DNA of 64,000 nt from Eledone cirrhosa. Lineage: Eukaryota. The position numbers and the translations under genes are program-made. The notes beneath the pieces were generated by a model. The model did no database searches, was not told the origin of the DNA, and was given only the letters and a program-made list of their open reading frames with translations. How positions within the stretch are numbered: position 1 is the stretch's first letter; each line of letters begins with the position of its first letter. This document shows positions 14,426 through 31,031 of the stretch, one piece after another. The stretch is from contig OZ024743.1 in NCBI GenBank assembly GCA_964016885.1, forward strand, positions 256,246,001 through 256,310,000, written 5' to 3'.

Positions 14426-15777
14426 TTTTTATTTTTATTTTGTTTTGTCTTGTTTTGTTTCATTTTGCTTTATTCATCTTTATGTTTGGCATAATATCCC
14501 TTACCCTAAATGTTACTCCCCACTTCTTCTCCCTGCTCACACCTCTTCCATTTCTTTATCGTTTTATTCCCTTACCTATCTGATATCTTCTTCCATATTA
14601 TTTTCTCCCAAACAACCAATCAAAACAAAGACTGACAAAACACTCAACTGAAGGAGAAATGTTTTTTTTAAAAAGCCGTATGTGGATATCTCTCATCATT
14701 ATCGAATACAAGAGTTTGATGAGTATTGTTCCCTTGGTCTGACTGACGAGCTCCACCCCACACATTAAGGGGCTGGTATACCATATAGCCTAAATTGGCG
14801 TATAGTAGCACAATCTAATCACCTTTCAACACACGCTAAATTCTGTAATCTTTGTATCTTAGAGACTCACTCTATAATTTTCTCTAGGAAATTATTGCTT
14901 AATAGAAAATCTGAAATATGTTCGTCCTGTCCGCATGCTATTTCTAATTCCTTCTTCTATTATAGACCTAAAAACTCTGGTAGTTTAAACCGCATCCATT
15001 AGCTGCTATATTTCCTTATCTCTTTGGTTTTAGTTCATTATTATTAACATTATTAGTTTTCTACGGTTTTTCGTTTTTAGTTTTCATAGTCGTTTTAGCT
15101 ATCTTACCCTATCTATCATGTTAACCATTATTACATTTTTACTCACCATTGTCGCTTTATAAGTTTCTATCTTTATTTTCATCCCTGGTTGGAGGGTATC
15201 TTATTGAATAGTTTAGTTTTAGTCTCCTATATCTAAGGCTAATGAACCTCGTCCTTTCTACACCTAATATTCGCCTTATTGATTATATATAAATGTTTAC
15301 TTTTATGCTCCTTCCTACCCTCCATAGTTTCACTTCTTTCTGTTCCCATTGGTCTACCATAGTTTTATTTAGAGTTTTTTCTCTGATAACGTTATTCGTC
15401 GGGACGGATCGTAATATATCCTGATAGATCTCTTAGCTTTTTATTGAAATATCTTGATTTTATTCGACTTTGATGACTTGGGTTCTGTTCCGTGTGAAGT
15501 GACCCATGATGTCTTTTAAACAATTTTAGTATTAATTTAATAAGGTTTTTTAATTCAATTCTTTGATTTAGCATAGTAATATTATCTATATTTACCTAAT
15601 GACTTGTAACGCCTACGTGTCTGTGCTTGTTTTTGTTTTTGTTCTTCGTTTTTATTTTATTTATTTTTTTACTACCACATGCTGTCTGTTTTCTTATTGT
15701 CTCCTGATATGTCTCTTTGTATTCATCGCGTAAATATGTCTTAAGCATTTTCCATTGATTCTGTGTGTCTGCCATTG

Positions 15778-15965
15778 TAATATTAACAGTTTCTACTATT
15801 GACACAAGGCCAGCAAATACCCAGTACATTACTGGTACTTTATTTTATCGACCCCGTAAGGATGAAAGGCAAAGTTAACCTTGGCGGGATTTGAACTCGG
15901 ACCATAAAGGGCCGTAACTCTTTGCAGCAAAGCATTGCGTCTGACACTCTACCGATACTGCCAAT
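15778..15965 (-). mobile_element. tRNA-derived SINE (same family)
   Basis: Reverse complement of 58978-59168. Confidence 0.8.
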
Positions 15966-16372
15966 TTGTAATATTAACATTAATATGGCATATTATTTTT
16001 ATGTAATTGAATTATAAATATATGTCCGATATTGAGGTACTGTTTTGTAATATTTTATGAATTTGAACTGCCTATACCTCTGTATATTTATTGTCAATAT
16101 TATATATATTTATATATATTTTTTCACCATGCTTTATTTTTTATTTGATATTTTTTCTTACCCTGTGAAAAACTGTATATACAATTTGTTGACCTTAAAT
16201 GATACGTATGATGTAGTTTTATATATTTGTTTAATGTCATTATATTATTCCATTGTTTTGGTATTGTTTATGCACACCGTCAGGGAGGTTATTCTATTAT
16301 AATGATTATTATATTATAAAGAGTATATTAATATTTAAATAAGTGTTAGTATGTGTAAATGTGTATGTATAT

Positions 16373-16455
<83 letters not shown>

Positions 16456-16752
16456 GCTTTTTATTTTTATTTCTTATTATCCATTATATTGTATTCTATA
16501 TCATATTATAATTCTTATAATTCTCACACTGTATTACCATGTCGTGTTTCATCTATTTGTCTTATACTGTACTTTCAACATGGGTTTGACATATTACTCG
16601 CTCTCTTGCCCTATAGTCTATATTTGCAAATGCACACTTTTAGCTTTAGCATATCTTTCCTTGTTGTCTTTCCTAAGTTTTCATAGATATGAATTCCCTG
16701 TTCTTATGAGTTTTGGATTGTTCTGGCCGTTAATGCTTCTTGTCTCCTTACT

Positions 16753-16795
16753 TGCTCTGATGAGTTCCTATTAATGGGACGAAACACTGTCAGCT
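16753..16795 (+). ncRNA. Minimal type I hammerhead ribozyme, canonical core, GUC site
   Basis: gct-CTGATGA-gttcc tattaat gggac-GAAA-c act g-TC-agc, inside a ~390-bp insert between (TA)n tracts. Confidence 0.8.
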
Positions 16796-16865
16796 AATAA
16801 AGACTTTTGATGTATTGAAGGCTTCTTTGTTTATTTTTATAATATATGTATATATATATATATAT

Positions 16866-17922
16866 TTCGTTTCTGAATTTGTTTAGCAAGATTCTTTATC
16901 TGAAAACGTGTGTTTAAACCTATATTGTCATACTTTTGGAGGGTCATGTTGCCAATAAGAAACACACGCACCAGTTGCTTTCACTTCAATTTATTATAAT
17001 AAATTTATAAATTTAGGAATTTATAAATTTCCGGTTGTTTCGTTGGTTCCACAACCAGATGGTTGTTTATATATTGTCAAAGTTCTCTCGTCACACATTA
17101 TGTGACCTCTTCAGTGACTGGGGATTCTTTTCTTTGTTTTTCGTGCCTCTCCTTTGTTCTGTCCTACGCCATCTTGTTTTTGTGCGTGTGTTGTGTGCTT
17201 ACTTTGCGCATGTGTTACATCCGGGTGTCTGTGTGTGTTTATATTCCTTTATTTATTTGCTTATTTACATGTAACTGGTTGGTTGTTTGTTCTATGTGCG
17301 TGTGTGTTTTCATTTTGTTCTTAATTGTAAGTTGTCATGTTGCTGTTCCACTCATGTTTTCTATTTAATTTTGGTTGTAATTCATTTATGTTTATTGCCT
17401 CTGTGATTTGTCTAAACAAAAAAAAAGACGCAATGTTTAGACAAATCACAGAGGCAATAAACATAAATGAATTACAACCAAAATTAAATAGAAAACATGA
17501 GTGGAACAGCAACATCACAACTTACAATTAAGGACAAAATGAAAACACACACGCACATAGAAAAAACAACCAACCAGTAACATGTAAATAAACAAATAAA
17601 TAAAGGAATATAAACACACACACAAACCCGGATGTAACACATGCGCAAACTAAGCACACAGCACACACACAAAAACAAGATGGCGTAGAACAGAACAAAG
17701 GAGTGGCACACAAAACAAAGAAAATAATCCCCAGTCACTGAAGAGGTCACAGAATGTGTGACGAAAGAACTTTGACAATATATAAACACCATCTGGTTGT
17801 GGAACCAACCAACCAACCGGAAATTTATAAATTCCTAAATTTATAAATTTATTATAATAAATCGAAGTGAAAGCAACTGGTGCGTGTGTTTCTTATTGGC
17901 AACATGACCCTCCCAAAGTATA
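16866..17922. mobile_element. PLE-type pseudo-LTR fold-back palindrome (~490-bp arms)
   Basis: Arms ~16929-17418 and 17434-17921; (TA)n on both sides; third copy at 57365-57690; HHR in each arm. Confidence 0.85.
17734..17776 (+). ncRNA. Hammerhead ribozyme (copies on minus strand at 17076-17118 and 57578-57620)
   Basis: gtca-CTGAAGA-g-gtcaca gaatg tgtgac-GAAA-gaac-TT-tgac. Confidence 0.75.
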
Positions 17923-17923
17923 A

Positions 17924-18690
<767 letters not shown>

Positions 18691-19639
18691 TGTGTGTGTG
18701 TGCCTGTGTGTGTGAATATGGCACCAGCTTCTGCAGTTTCCACCTATGAAATTCTACTTGTAAGGCATTGGTAAACTGGAAACTGTAGTAGAAGACACTT
18801 GCCCAAGGTGCCATGCAATAGGAGTGAATGAGAAACCATGTGGTTGCAAAGCAATCTCATTAACAAAGTCATGCCTGCCATTGTCATCATCATCATCTTT
18901 GTTTAACGTCCATCTTCCATGCTAGCATGGGTTAGACCCATGTATGTATATATATATTTGGCATGTGTAGTTATATATAAATAAATATATATATATATAT
19001 ATATATATTTATACATTGTCATCATTTTATGTTTGTTTTCCAATGCTTGCAGTGCAAACACTAGATTACACTTACACGTACACATCAGAATACAACACTT
19101 TTTAACACATCTGTATACACACACACATATGTATGCAGCTATATTCACACACACATGGACATTTAAAATATTTCCACAAGCACCAGCTCTCCCTCAACAC
19201 CCACCAACATAAACATGTGTGACAGATATGTCTTTTATATCAAATCTAGTTTATCACAAAATGCTGTGAATCTCTTCAATTGTCCCCCAAACGGGAGACA
19301 ATTAGCTCCTTTGTATTGAACATTGCCTATCACAGCATACTGGTTCATTTGCTGCTTCTTATATGGTGTTGAGTCCCATCCCAGCTTCATCTTAATCAAA
19401 TCAGTTTGACACCAATAGGGAATTCATGTGGTAATGTGTGCTAATGTGGGTGACAGATAAATAGGGAGTGTGTTAATAATAACAACAACAATACCAACAA
19501 CAGTAACAATTGTGGCAACAACAACAGGCAAACATTCTTTCCTTCTCTTCTATAAATAATGGCAGCCTTTTTAGGACCAAAATCTAATTACCTGGCTGAG
19601 AATGATCAAATTTATATTTACACCTCTTTCAAACACTAA

Positions 19640-20260
19640 AACGATTAAAACACCAACCCTATCATCATCATTATCAGCATTATCATTGACATCCTGATGG
19701 ACAACATCATCAGCAGCACTGACATCATTGATGTTGTTGTCATCAGCATGGCCATTATCATCTTCATGGTAACAATTGTTACCATATAAAGAAACAGCAT
19801 TATCATCGCTATCATCATTATCATATTCATCATCATCATATTTGTCATCACCACCACCACCATCAACACAGCCACCGTCATCATTACCACCAACACCACC
19901 ATTGCTGCCATCCTCCACCACCACAACTACCAGCAATGTTATCAATACCACCATCAATGGTGTTATTACTATTATTATCATTATTTCACCCTAAGCTCCA
20001 GTCATCATCACCACTACCATCACTACAATTTTCCAACAACACCATCACCCACACCACCACTATCACCAACATCATTAATGCCACCACTGTCCCCACTACC
20101 ACCAATGCCAGACCAGAGTTATCACAACCAGCAGGGATATCAATACCAACATGAACACCCCAACCAACACCAATATTAACACCACCACTATCATTATGAA
20201 CAATTCTGCCAACATCACCACCATCACGAAGCTTTCACCATACACACAACTCAATGATGC
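19640..20260. repeat. Degenerate (CAT/CAC/CAA)n low-complexity tract
   Basis: Trinucleotide composition; similar tract on the opposite strand at 37275-37530. Confidence 0.8.
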
Positions 20261-20449
20261 TAATATCAACACATTGATGCAATTTTATTTTAACTACATT
20301 AACAATTTTGTTAATTATTTTCAGTGGGGTGAAGGAAGGGGCAGAATTACTTTGTTAAAATATTTACATCACGAATATTGCTTCAGTGGAGTGCAATGTT
20401 TCTCACAATAGTTATCACTTTAAACCTAAAGCTTTGTACCACGGAGAAC

Positions 20450-21443
20450 TGTTCCTTTTGGTCTCCATAATAGCTAGACAATTTCATTACTATCTTTTAC
20501 TAATTCTCTTTGATCAGCACTAACACACATTCTCACATACCCAGCCACACAGCGGGTGTTTAAGGGTGTAAATTGATATTAAAGGGAAATATTTCAACAA
20601 GGTATCACTTTAGTTTTTAATTGCTGTATTTTTCTACCTTGTGTGTGTGTGTTGATTTCTTTGTGTGTATATCTTTGAGTGTATTTCTGTATGTTCGTAT
20701 GTTTGTATGTATGTGTCTTTGTATTTACTTTTGCGTGTTTGTATGTATATGTGAATGTCTGTGTCCTCTTCTTTTTTGTTCCATCAGGTATTAATTCAGA
20801 GTGTTAATTTCTAACATTGATTTAATACTGCAGTCTTTGTGTAATAAGTGATGGGATGTATTTAATATTGCTGTAGCTTTAGTGACAAATTCAATAGAGC
20901 CAGAATTAATACTTAAAACAGGTTGGAGATTAAGAAAATATTGTGAAAATGACACCACATTATCTAATTCTATATAAAACTGGGGTCTTGTGGGACTTTT
21001 AATAGAGTGAAGCAGAGATTATAAATGGGGAGATAAACAGAGAACCAATTGAGATATTAGTGGTTCATTTCCTGTCATTGGCACTGAGGTGTATCTCTGC
21101 TCAATTAATATTTTATATATATATACACATATTCCAAGATGGCTGACTGAATACGTATGTGTGTTTTTTTTCTTTTCAATTTTTTTTCTTGTTTTCCCTG
21201 TTCCTTCCTCTCATCACTCTTTACTTTCTATTTATTTTCTAGTCCTAACTCTATCTTTTGATGAAGGACTAGTCAGAAACTTTAAGACACCCTTCCTGTT
21301 ATTTCAAGTGTTAAACTAATATATTTCTTCCATGTACTGTGCCGTTTGTTTTTTTAATTTTTTGTTATTAATTTTATATATATATATTCAAGGTATATAT
21401 GTAATTATTTTTCCTATATATTGCAACTTTTGGTCCACCTTGA

Positions 21444-21476
<33 letters not shown>

Positions 21477-23602
21477 ATGAGGTAATGGAAGGTGTCACAA
21501 TAAGAGCATCCAGTCCATCCTGTAAGGTGCTGATGCTAATTTTACAATAAGAAGCACCTAACCCACTCTGTAAAGTGGCAGCGCTCGTTTCATGATAAGA
21601 AGAACCCAGTCCACATTGTAAGGTGTTAGTGCTGGTGGCACAACAAAAGCCACCCAGTCAGCACCATAAGATATTAGTTATAGTGTTTCAATGAAAGGCA
21701 CCTAATCCACTCTATAAGGACATTGTGCTGGTGCCATGATAAAACTCATCTATTCCAGTCTGTAAGGTGATAGACATGGAGTCACAATAAAATGCTTACA
21801 ATATACATTGTAAAGTGGTTGGAATTAGTAAAGGCATTCAACCATAGAAACTTAAATATGACAGATGTATAAGTGCTGTGAGGAGAACATAGATCTTGTC
21901 AAGATTTTCATTGGTCTACAAATGTTTCTTTACTGGAGTGCGATATTACACAACATTTGCCACCATATTTTTATTGAAAGATTCTGCCTATGATTTTCAA
22001 ATAATTTTGAAAATAATCAAAAATTTCGAGAGATTTAGTAATACAACTATCTGTCTTCTTGTCAATTAGGTATTTGGGACATAACGAAGGTTCTTAATTA
22101 AAATTAGGATAGAATGTTCTTAGATAAATATGAATACTTTAACCTTTTCATGATCATATTTTTAATAAATTTGAAAACAATCGAGAATTTTATGAGATTA
22201 AGTTATAAATGTAACTTTCTTATTAACTAGGTGATTGGAATATATTTTGTCAAAGGCTCATAGATAAATTTGAGATGCAAGGTTTTTAGATAAACATAAA
22301 CATTTTAACTCATTTATTAACAATAGACATTGCCTATGATTTTTAAATAATTCTGAAAGTAATCAAGAATTTTTAGAGATTTGTAATATAACTAACTTTC
22401 TTGTTATTGGTGTTTAGGGTGGTGGATTAATGAGCATCAGATAAAATGCATTGCAGCATTTAATTATGGCCCTTTATAATCTGCGTTCAAATTTTATCGA
22501 TGTCATCTTTGCCTCTTGCCATTCTGGGGTCGATAATATAAAGTACCATTCATGTACTGGAGTTGATATAATTAACTTTCCTTCTCCTCTCAAATTGTTG
22601 GCCATGTGCTTCAATTAAAATTCATTATTATTTTGGTGTTTGGAACATATCTTAGAAAAGATTCTTAGATAAAATAATGATGGCGGGTTTTTAGAAAATA
22701 TAAACACTTTAAACCTTTTATTACCATATTTCTAATGGAAGACACTGCCGATGGTTTTCAAATATTTTTGAAAATAACCAAGAATTTAGAAGGGTTTAGT
22801 AATATAAATACTTTTCCATTATTAATATGGTGTATGAAATATATCGTACCAAAATCTTTTTACATAAAATGAAATTATGATGAAAGGTTTAAAAATGCAA
22901 ACGTGAACACTTTAAAACAAACAGCTTTGTATCAGAGAACTAGGAGCGGTTTAGTATTGGAAAGGTTAGATCTAATGCTTTTTACTGTAGAAAACCATTC
23001 CTTTTGGTCTCCATAATAGCGAAACAATTTCATTACTAACTCTTACTAATTCTCTTTGATCATCACTCTCACACACAAATACACACAGCGGGTGTTTAAG
23101 GGTGTAAATTGATATTAAAGGGAAATCTTTCAAAAGGGTATCACTTTAGTTTTTAATTGCCTTATTTTTCTACCTGTGTGTTTGTGTATGTATGTGTGTA
23201 TGCACATATCATTGTATGTGTTTCAGTATATTAGTATGTGTGTGTATGTATGTGTCTTTGTATGTGCTTTTGCGTGTTTGTATGTATATGTGAGTGTCTG
23301 TGTCCTCTTCTTTTTTGTTCCATCGAGTGTTAATTTCTAACATTGATTTAATACTGCAGTCTTTGTGTAATAAGTGATGGGATGTATTTAATATTGTTGT
23401 AGCTTTAGCGACAAATTCAATAGAGCCAGAATTAATACTTAAAACAGGTTAGAGATTAAGAAAATATTGTGAAAATGACACCACATTATCTAATTCTATA
23501 TACAACTGGGGTCTTGTGGGACTTTTAATAGAATAAAGAAGAGATTATAAATGGGGAGATAAACAGAGAACCAATTGAGATATTAGTGGTTCATTTCCTG
23601 TG
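20450..23602 (+). repeat. Local direct duplication of ~620 bp (20450-21075 and ~22997-23602)
   Basis: Long near-identical blocks from ttccttttggtctccataatagc to gagatattagtggttcatttcctgt. Confidence 0.9.
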
Positions 23603-23815
23603 ACAGATATTGAGGTGGAATCTATCCTCAAATTATATATATATATAAGCAAAATAAATGAGGGAGATGCAATATGTTTAAAACCAAATTTTACTTCTTA
23701 CATTATGTTTCATCCATACCATAGCGAGTAACATTTCATAAATATTTTTTTGTGCGTGTATGCAAGTGTATACTTTATTGTTAATGCTATTGATATAGAA
23801 TCCTCAGAGAAGATA

Positions 23816-24959
23816 TCTATATTATAAAGCTGACGGTCGTATGTTTGTAACACACTTTTCGCCAAACGGCTGGACCAAAAGCACCAAATTTGCATAATAG
23901 ATGTAACTTTTTCCACGTAAGAAAGTGAGTGTATTTTTGTCTTCTAAATTTCGTTAAAAGATTAAAGATATTTCATCGTTTATTTAAATATTCACTTCTT
24001 TAAGATTTTCAAACGTCAACACTTCCGGTTATACGACATTCCCCTCTCTTTCTTAGTCTGTCTTTTTAGATAGATACATAGCTATAACGTTGCACCTTTA
24101 TAATATGTCTCTCTATGTCTGGCTGTCTGCATTAGATACATAACTATAATGTCGCACGCTTATCATATCTGTCTGTCTTCACGAACAAAAGTATCGTCTT
24201 CCTTCGAAATATTTACTTCTGCTTTCACTGATTGATTATTTTAGTTTCAGAAGATCCCGTTAAGGACGACAGCAGCGATGCTTTGCTTAAACTTTAATCT
24301 GTTATTTTAATATTTATATATATATATAATTATATATTCGTGTATAGATATTTTTGCATACACAAAAACAAAATATAAACAATCGTATTTATTTCACGAA
24401 AGCACAGACGGCTTATCGTCATTGTTATTGCCGATATGCCACCCAAAAAGTCCCAGCCTGGCCGCAAGATCAGATTTTCCAGAAGAAAAGATGTTACTAG
24501 AACAACAGAGAGACTTCGCGTTTACTATCAACAAAGCTCAGGATCAAATCCTAAAAGTGCCTGGCTTTCATCTGGGAAATCCATGCTTCTCCCATAGTCA
24601 ATTGTATGTAGGATGCTCTAGGGTGAGCTCGCCAAACAATCCCTTCATCTTTGCTCCCGAGGGTCGAACAAAAAATATTGTATACTCTGAGGCTCTAACA
24701 ATGTAATTTATGGTTGTACAAATTATTGTAAAGTTTGTTAGAAAATGTGTCCTCTGTTCAGCCTTTATTGTTGTAACTATAAATTTTCTTTAACGTACTG
24801 GCTGCTGAACTGTGGAATCCTAAAAACTATTCAAATCCAACACCGGAGCACGTTAACCCCCCCCCCCCCCCCTCCCTCACTGACTTGAGAGGGAATGCGG
24901 TATCTTTGCACTGGAGTGGAGGAGGGAATCCTGAAAAGATAAAATGCCGGTATACCTAG
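23816..24959 (+). mobile_element. Non-autonomous Helitron with PIF1-like helicase C-terminal remnant (24422-24706)
   Basis: FAFTINKAQ..PCFSHSQLYVGCSRV..TKNIVYSEAL; 5' TCTATATTATAAAG; candidate 3' CTAG at 24956-24959 (3' end uncertain). Confidence 0.7.
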
Positions 24960-24986
24960 CTGGGCGCCAGAACGTTGGTCCAACCA

Positions 24987-25090
24987 GTCAATCCTGGATA
25001 AAAGTTCATTTAAAGCAGAGGTCAATCCTGGATAAAAGTTCATTTGAAGCAGAGGTCAATCCTGGATAAAAGCTCATTTAAAGTAGAGGT
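24987..25090 (+). repeat. 34-bp tandem repeat x3
   Basis: gtcaatcctggataaaagttcatttaaagcagag at 24987, 25021 and 25055. Confidence 0.9.
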
Positions 25091-25802
25091 AATATACATC
25101 AAAGTGCATAGCTTCTGGAGGTGAAATCGTGTGAGTCTAACTTGTAAATAAAAATAGCGGCTACAAAGGGGCGTAATAGTCTAAGGGGGTAACTATGTTG
25201 CATTTAGAAAGAAAATTTCTTAGAAAGGTGTTTAATAACTATAACATGCCTAGTTCAGGGATGTTAGTTAGTAGTGCAGATGTAATGTTGTATACTGTGG
25301 GCGATATGTAGGTACCAGCTACGTTGTTAATTATAAACAGTATTGATTTAGATAATCTGGCTAATCTATAAGAGGTAGCTAATAGGGGTTTTATAGTTGA
25401 AGGAGGAGAGAGAAAAAAATAAGGTTGAGAATAAAGGGTTACATTGGGTCAAATGTCCTGTTAGGGAAAGTGTAGTGGAGTCAATGTTGGCAGTTTATAA
25501 GTGTTTCTGCCCTATTATTAATAAGTGTGTGGGGTGAGCATATAATATAATATAATATGCTTCCATCAGACATAATTGACACTTTCTTAAAGTTGTAAGA
25601 TGTTGCTCTGTCTATTATACTCCATTGGATTGTGTACCTAGTGTTAGATTCTATTAGTTGAGTGATATATCACTCAACTATCAAATATCAAGGGATGCCT
25701 GTGGTTGAAACTCTTTTAAGTAAAGAAAGGCTTAGCACGGGGCCAATCCCACTCTCTGAACATCGAATGCATTTGCCCCCAAAGATGCATACTTTCATAC
25801 AC

Positions 25803-25833
<31 letters not shown>

Positions 25834-27221
25834 AAGTAGTAAATTAGTAGAGCTTTTAGAACATCAGATATGATGTTTTGCAGTATATGCTCTGGCTCTG
25901 TGCACTCAAATCCCACTGAGGTCAGCATTGTTTTACATTCTTTGGTAGTAAATAAAAGAAGCAGTAATGCAGTACTGTGGTCGATTCTTCATCCATATCA
26001 CACTTATCTTCATCTATCTTACTCTGTCTCCTCTTCTCAGGAAAAAAATCAGTTGCATTCAAACTTTGAGAAGGAGTGGGCCTCATATATATATTATTAT
26101 CATCATCATTTAAATATTTATATACTGTCACAGCAAGCTGTACAATGAATTACTTATTTCACTCACATGGATAAGATCACTGGCTCCATAAACATCTCAC
26201 TGAGAGAGAAACAAAGAATTTGTTGTAATGGTTTGCCTTGACAGTAAATACAAACTTAGTCCAGATTAAACATATTGAAATATGGTCTCCCTCATTAAGA
26301 AATTCCACACACATATTTTGTATAGAAATTACTTCTACAGGATTATAACATTTTACATTCCTGATGATTCCAAATGAATGAAAAGGATCCTATAGAAACC
26401 ATTTCTATCTGATCTATATATACCTTTTATACTAATGTATTGAGTACCTGATTTAATTTTCCCTCCATTCCATATTGAAAAAGTATTTTTAATTAAGTAT
26501 GTATATACACACACACATGTAGACACATATAAATAAATCAAAACATTCGGAGATACCTTAAAAATGACTCCCTTCTTTTAACTACAACAGTCTTCCCCTT
26601 ATAATTATTATCATGATTTAACTAATATTGTTGTTTGTTCCCCCTCCTATTTTTGGCCAGATGATATCTTCATAGTTATATTACATATGCACCCCTTCAA
26701 CTACAGTCACCACTGAATGACTTGTCCGATAGGACATCAATATACTAGAAGCTTCTGCGTCGCACCTTCCCTTCCTTAAAACATCTAGTAGCACATGGAG
26801 GCTGTCTTCACACAATACAACAGTCTTTTTACAGACAGTCCCCAAGTCAAATTTTCATTTTTCATCTTTCAATTTTTCAATTTCTCTTTTCCCTATCTTC
26901 CACAATAAGTATGGTTTCTACATAACCTTGTTTTGTAATTCTGTCAAAGTTACCTAATGAAACCACATTGTCTTGCATCATAAATGGATGATGGAGCTGG
27001 GCCATAGAAATATACATAGAAATATGTATTTTAATGGAATTAAAATTTACAGCATATCTTCCAGGCCGGCATACTGTTGTCGTTTTAAATACTTTACTCC
27101 ATTTCCTGCACCAACCAATGGATACCACATCTACGATTGATAACGTTTATAACTTTGATGCAGCATAATTTGCCTACCAGAACCACCAATTCTAAACTTA
27201 GCTGATTAAAATAACTTCAAT

Positions 27222-27269
<48 letters not shown>

Positions 27270-27271
<2 letters not shown>

Positions 27272-28495
27272 GAGGTTATATATAATTTGTTGGGATACAA
27301 CAAGCAATGTTATTTTTATAACTGATATAAAGCTCTCAACAAATTATTGGAGTAAATATACAATATATTAACAAATGGAAACTATATTTATAAAACCATA
27401 TTTATTTCATTATACATATTTCAAGGGCCACCTGAGCAAATTATGGTGCGCATTCATCAGATAAAATATAATATAGGTTAGTTTTATAAATAAATATTGA
27501 CATACGCTTAAAAAATGCAACCATTCTGGTTGGAATATCCTGGATAGTGGAGTTATTAGATTTATTGTTGGTTTATTATGCAAATTAGTGTTGGAAAGGT
27601 TTAAAAACAGTAAATTTAAATTAAGCCGTTGGAATAGGGAAAAAAAGAGAAAAGAAAGAGAAAAAAACGAAAGAAAGAAAGAGAAAAAACCTGAGTATAT
27701 TTTAGTGAGGGAGAATAGCGTAATTTTGAGAGAAGAGGCGAAGAAATAAATATACCGTGGATGAATACCGTAAGATGGATAAACAATAATAAACAATAAT
27801 AAAGATGGATAAACAATAATAAAGATAAGTTGAAGAATTTATCTAATGTTTAATTAATAAATTTGATTAAATGCTTAATTAATAATTTATCAATTCAATC
27901 CGTAATTTAAATGTTTAAATGTGTATGTTATATTATTAAAGTTGAGACCTATATATTATTATTAAAGAATATATATTATTAAAAAATATGTTATTATTAC
28001 AGAACCATATATCATTTTATTAATTATTATTAATTATTTAAAAAAATCTTTTATGTTTAAAATATCCGAATATTTCTAAGCTCATGGAATTTCCGAGAGT
28101 TTACAGAAGAATAATCCCTTATTTGTAATAGCAGTAGAGCGTAAAGGAAATTGCTAGCGATTTATTAATAATTTAGATAGCTCTAAGGATTAAATGCTAT
28201 AAAGTTAAGATGTTAAGAAATTTAATTATCCATCTTAACAATGTAATTAGAGCATGAATTTCATGTTATTTTATAGCAAGTTATAAATTCATAACTCCAA
28301 CCTGTCATACAGTTATGACTGTTAAAAACACAAATATATTTGCTATAACGTGTTAACATTTAAAAATTCATTCTTTGGAATATACCCAAAGCACAAACCA
28401 TAAAAAACTCTTTCATAAGAGTATATCTGTAGAATACATTTAAAGTATAAATTTTATATATATATAAACATTTTGACATACATATACATACACAT

Positions 28496-28583
<88 letters not shown>

Positions 28584-29841
28584 GTATATACATTAAGCAT
28601 TTTAAAAATATATAAATACAAAATATGCACAATATATACATACAAAATATACAATATAAAATATGAAATATGAATTAGAATTTAAATTATGAATTATGAA
28701 TTTTTTGTACCCATCATAGGAATTTTCAGAAAAAACTCCTTCTTCAAATCTTTCAGTACGTTTATCAAGAAAAGTTTTTCAAGAAAAAATCCTTTTAAGA
28801 TAGTTATAAGCAGTCATATGAAGGAATCTAATGAATTATCGATAGGTTTAATAAAGATGAGTTATGTATTACAATTTATATATATATTTAAACGTTGATT
28901 TCAATCTTGTTTGCAAGAACTGAAAAGATTTCTTCTTAAATTAACAGAATTTTTACTTTTTAATATAAAGAATATTTCTTCTATACAAAGAGCGCAATTT
29001 TCAGAAGAAGCATTGAATGGAGGAGCTTTGGAGATAATATTCCAAAGTAAAGAATAGTTAGTGTTCTTTGATTTTAGGTCACATAGTAAATTAGATAGAG
29101 AAGTTGAAGATTTTTTATTTATATTCGTAAAAGAGCATTTATGGTTATTAAAACGAGACTTAAAATCTGTGGAGGTAGAGCCTACATAATTAAATGAATT
29201 TAAATTAGTTTTTACATTACAATTATAAACTATATTTTTAACTAAACAATTGTTATTTAACGGACAGTTAGATTTATTTCTACAGTTACATTTATCAAAA
29301 TTTGAGTTTCTATGTGCCGTATTATTCAGTTGGATATTGCTGGGGTTATTAATGGTATTCTGGTTAGGTTTTAAGTTTCTATTATTAATTCTATTAATAT
29401 TCTGCGCTAATTTACGAATATAAATAAAAAATCTTCAACTTCTCTATCTAATTTACTATGGGACCTAAAATCAAAGAACACTAACTATTTTTTATTATCT
29501 CCAAAGCTCCTCCATTCAATGCTTCTTCTGAAAATTGCGCTCTTTGTATAGAGGAAATATTCTTTATATTAAAAAGTAAAAATTCTGTTAAAATACTGTT
29601 TTTAAACCTTTCCAACACTAATTTGCATAATAAACCAACAATAAATCTAATAACTCCACTATCCAGGATATTCCAACCAGAATGGTTGCATTTTTTAAGC
29701 GTATGTCAATATTTATTTATAAAACTAACCTATATTATATTTTATCTGATGAAAGCGCACCATAGTTTGCTGAGGTGGCTCTTGAAATATGTATAATGAA
29801 ATAAATATGGTTTTATAAATATAGTTTCCATTTGTTAATAT

Positions 29842-29845
<4 letters not shown>
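27270..29845 (-). mobile_element. Penelope-like element, 5'-truncated, GIY-YIG remnant with inverted pseudo-LTR
   Basis: Minus strand ~28960-29300: KCNCRNKSNCPLNNNCLVKNIVYNCNV..NYVGSTSTDFKSRFNNHKCSF; pLTR 27290-27612 inverted at 29593-29845. Confidence 0.85.
27404..27467 (-). ncRNA. Hammerhead ribozyme in pLTR (inverted copy at 29739-29802, plus strand)
   Basis: attttat-CTGATGA-..cacc..ggtg..-GAAA-tatgta-TA-atgaaat. Confidence 0.7.
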
Positions 29846-30894
<1,049 letters not shown>

Positions 30895-30907
30895 ATATAT
30901 ATATGTA

Positions 30908-30970
<63 letters not shown>

Positions 30971-30971
30971 T

Positions 30972-31031
<60 letters not shown>

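Noticed and set aside
14660-15775. Possible ancient LINE RT C-terminus and a CTGACGA motif at ~14743
   Set aside because: Too degenerate; no GAAA partner for a hammerhead
19571-19994. Asp/Gly/Thr-rich ORFs (also 37206-37560)
   Set aside because: Trinucleotide low complexity; no domain or splice support
24987-25090. CRISPR-like repeat
   Set aside because: Contiguous tandem units with no spacers; eukaryotic context
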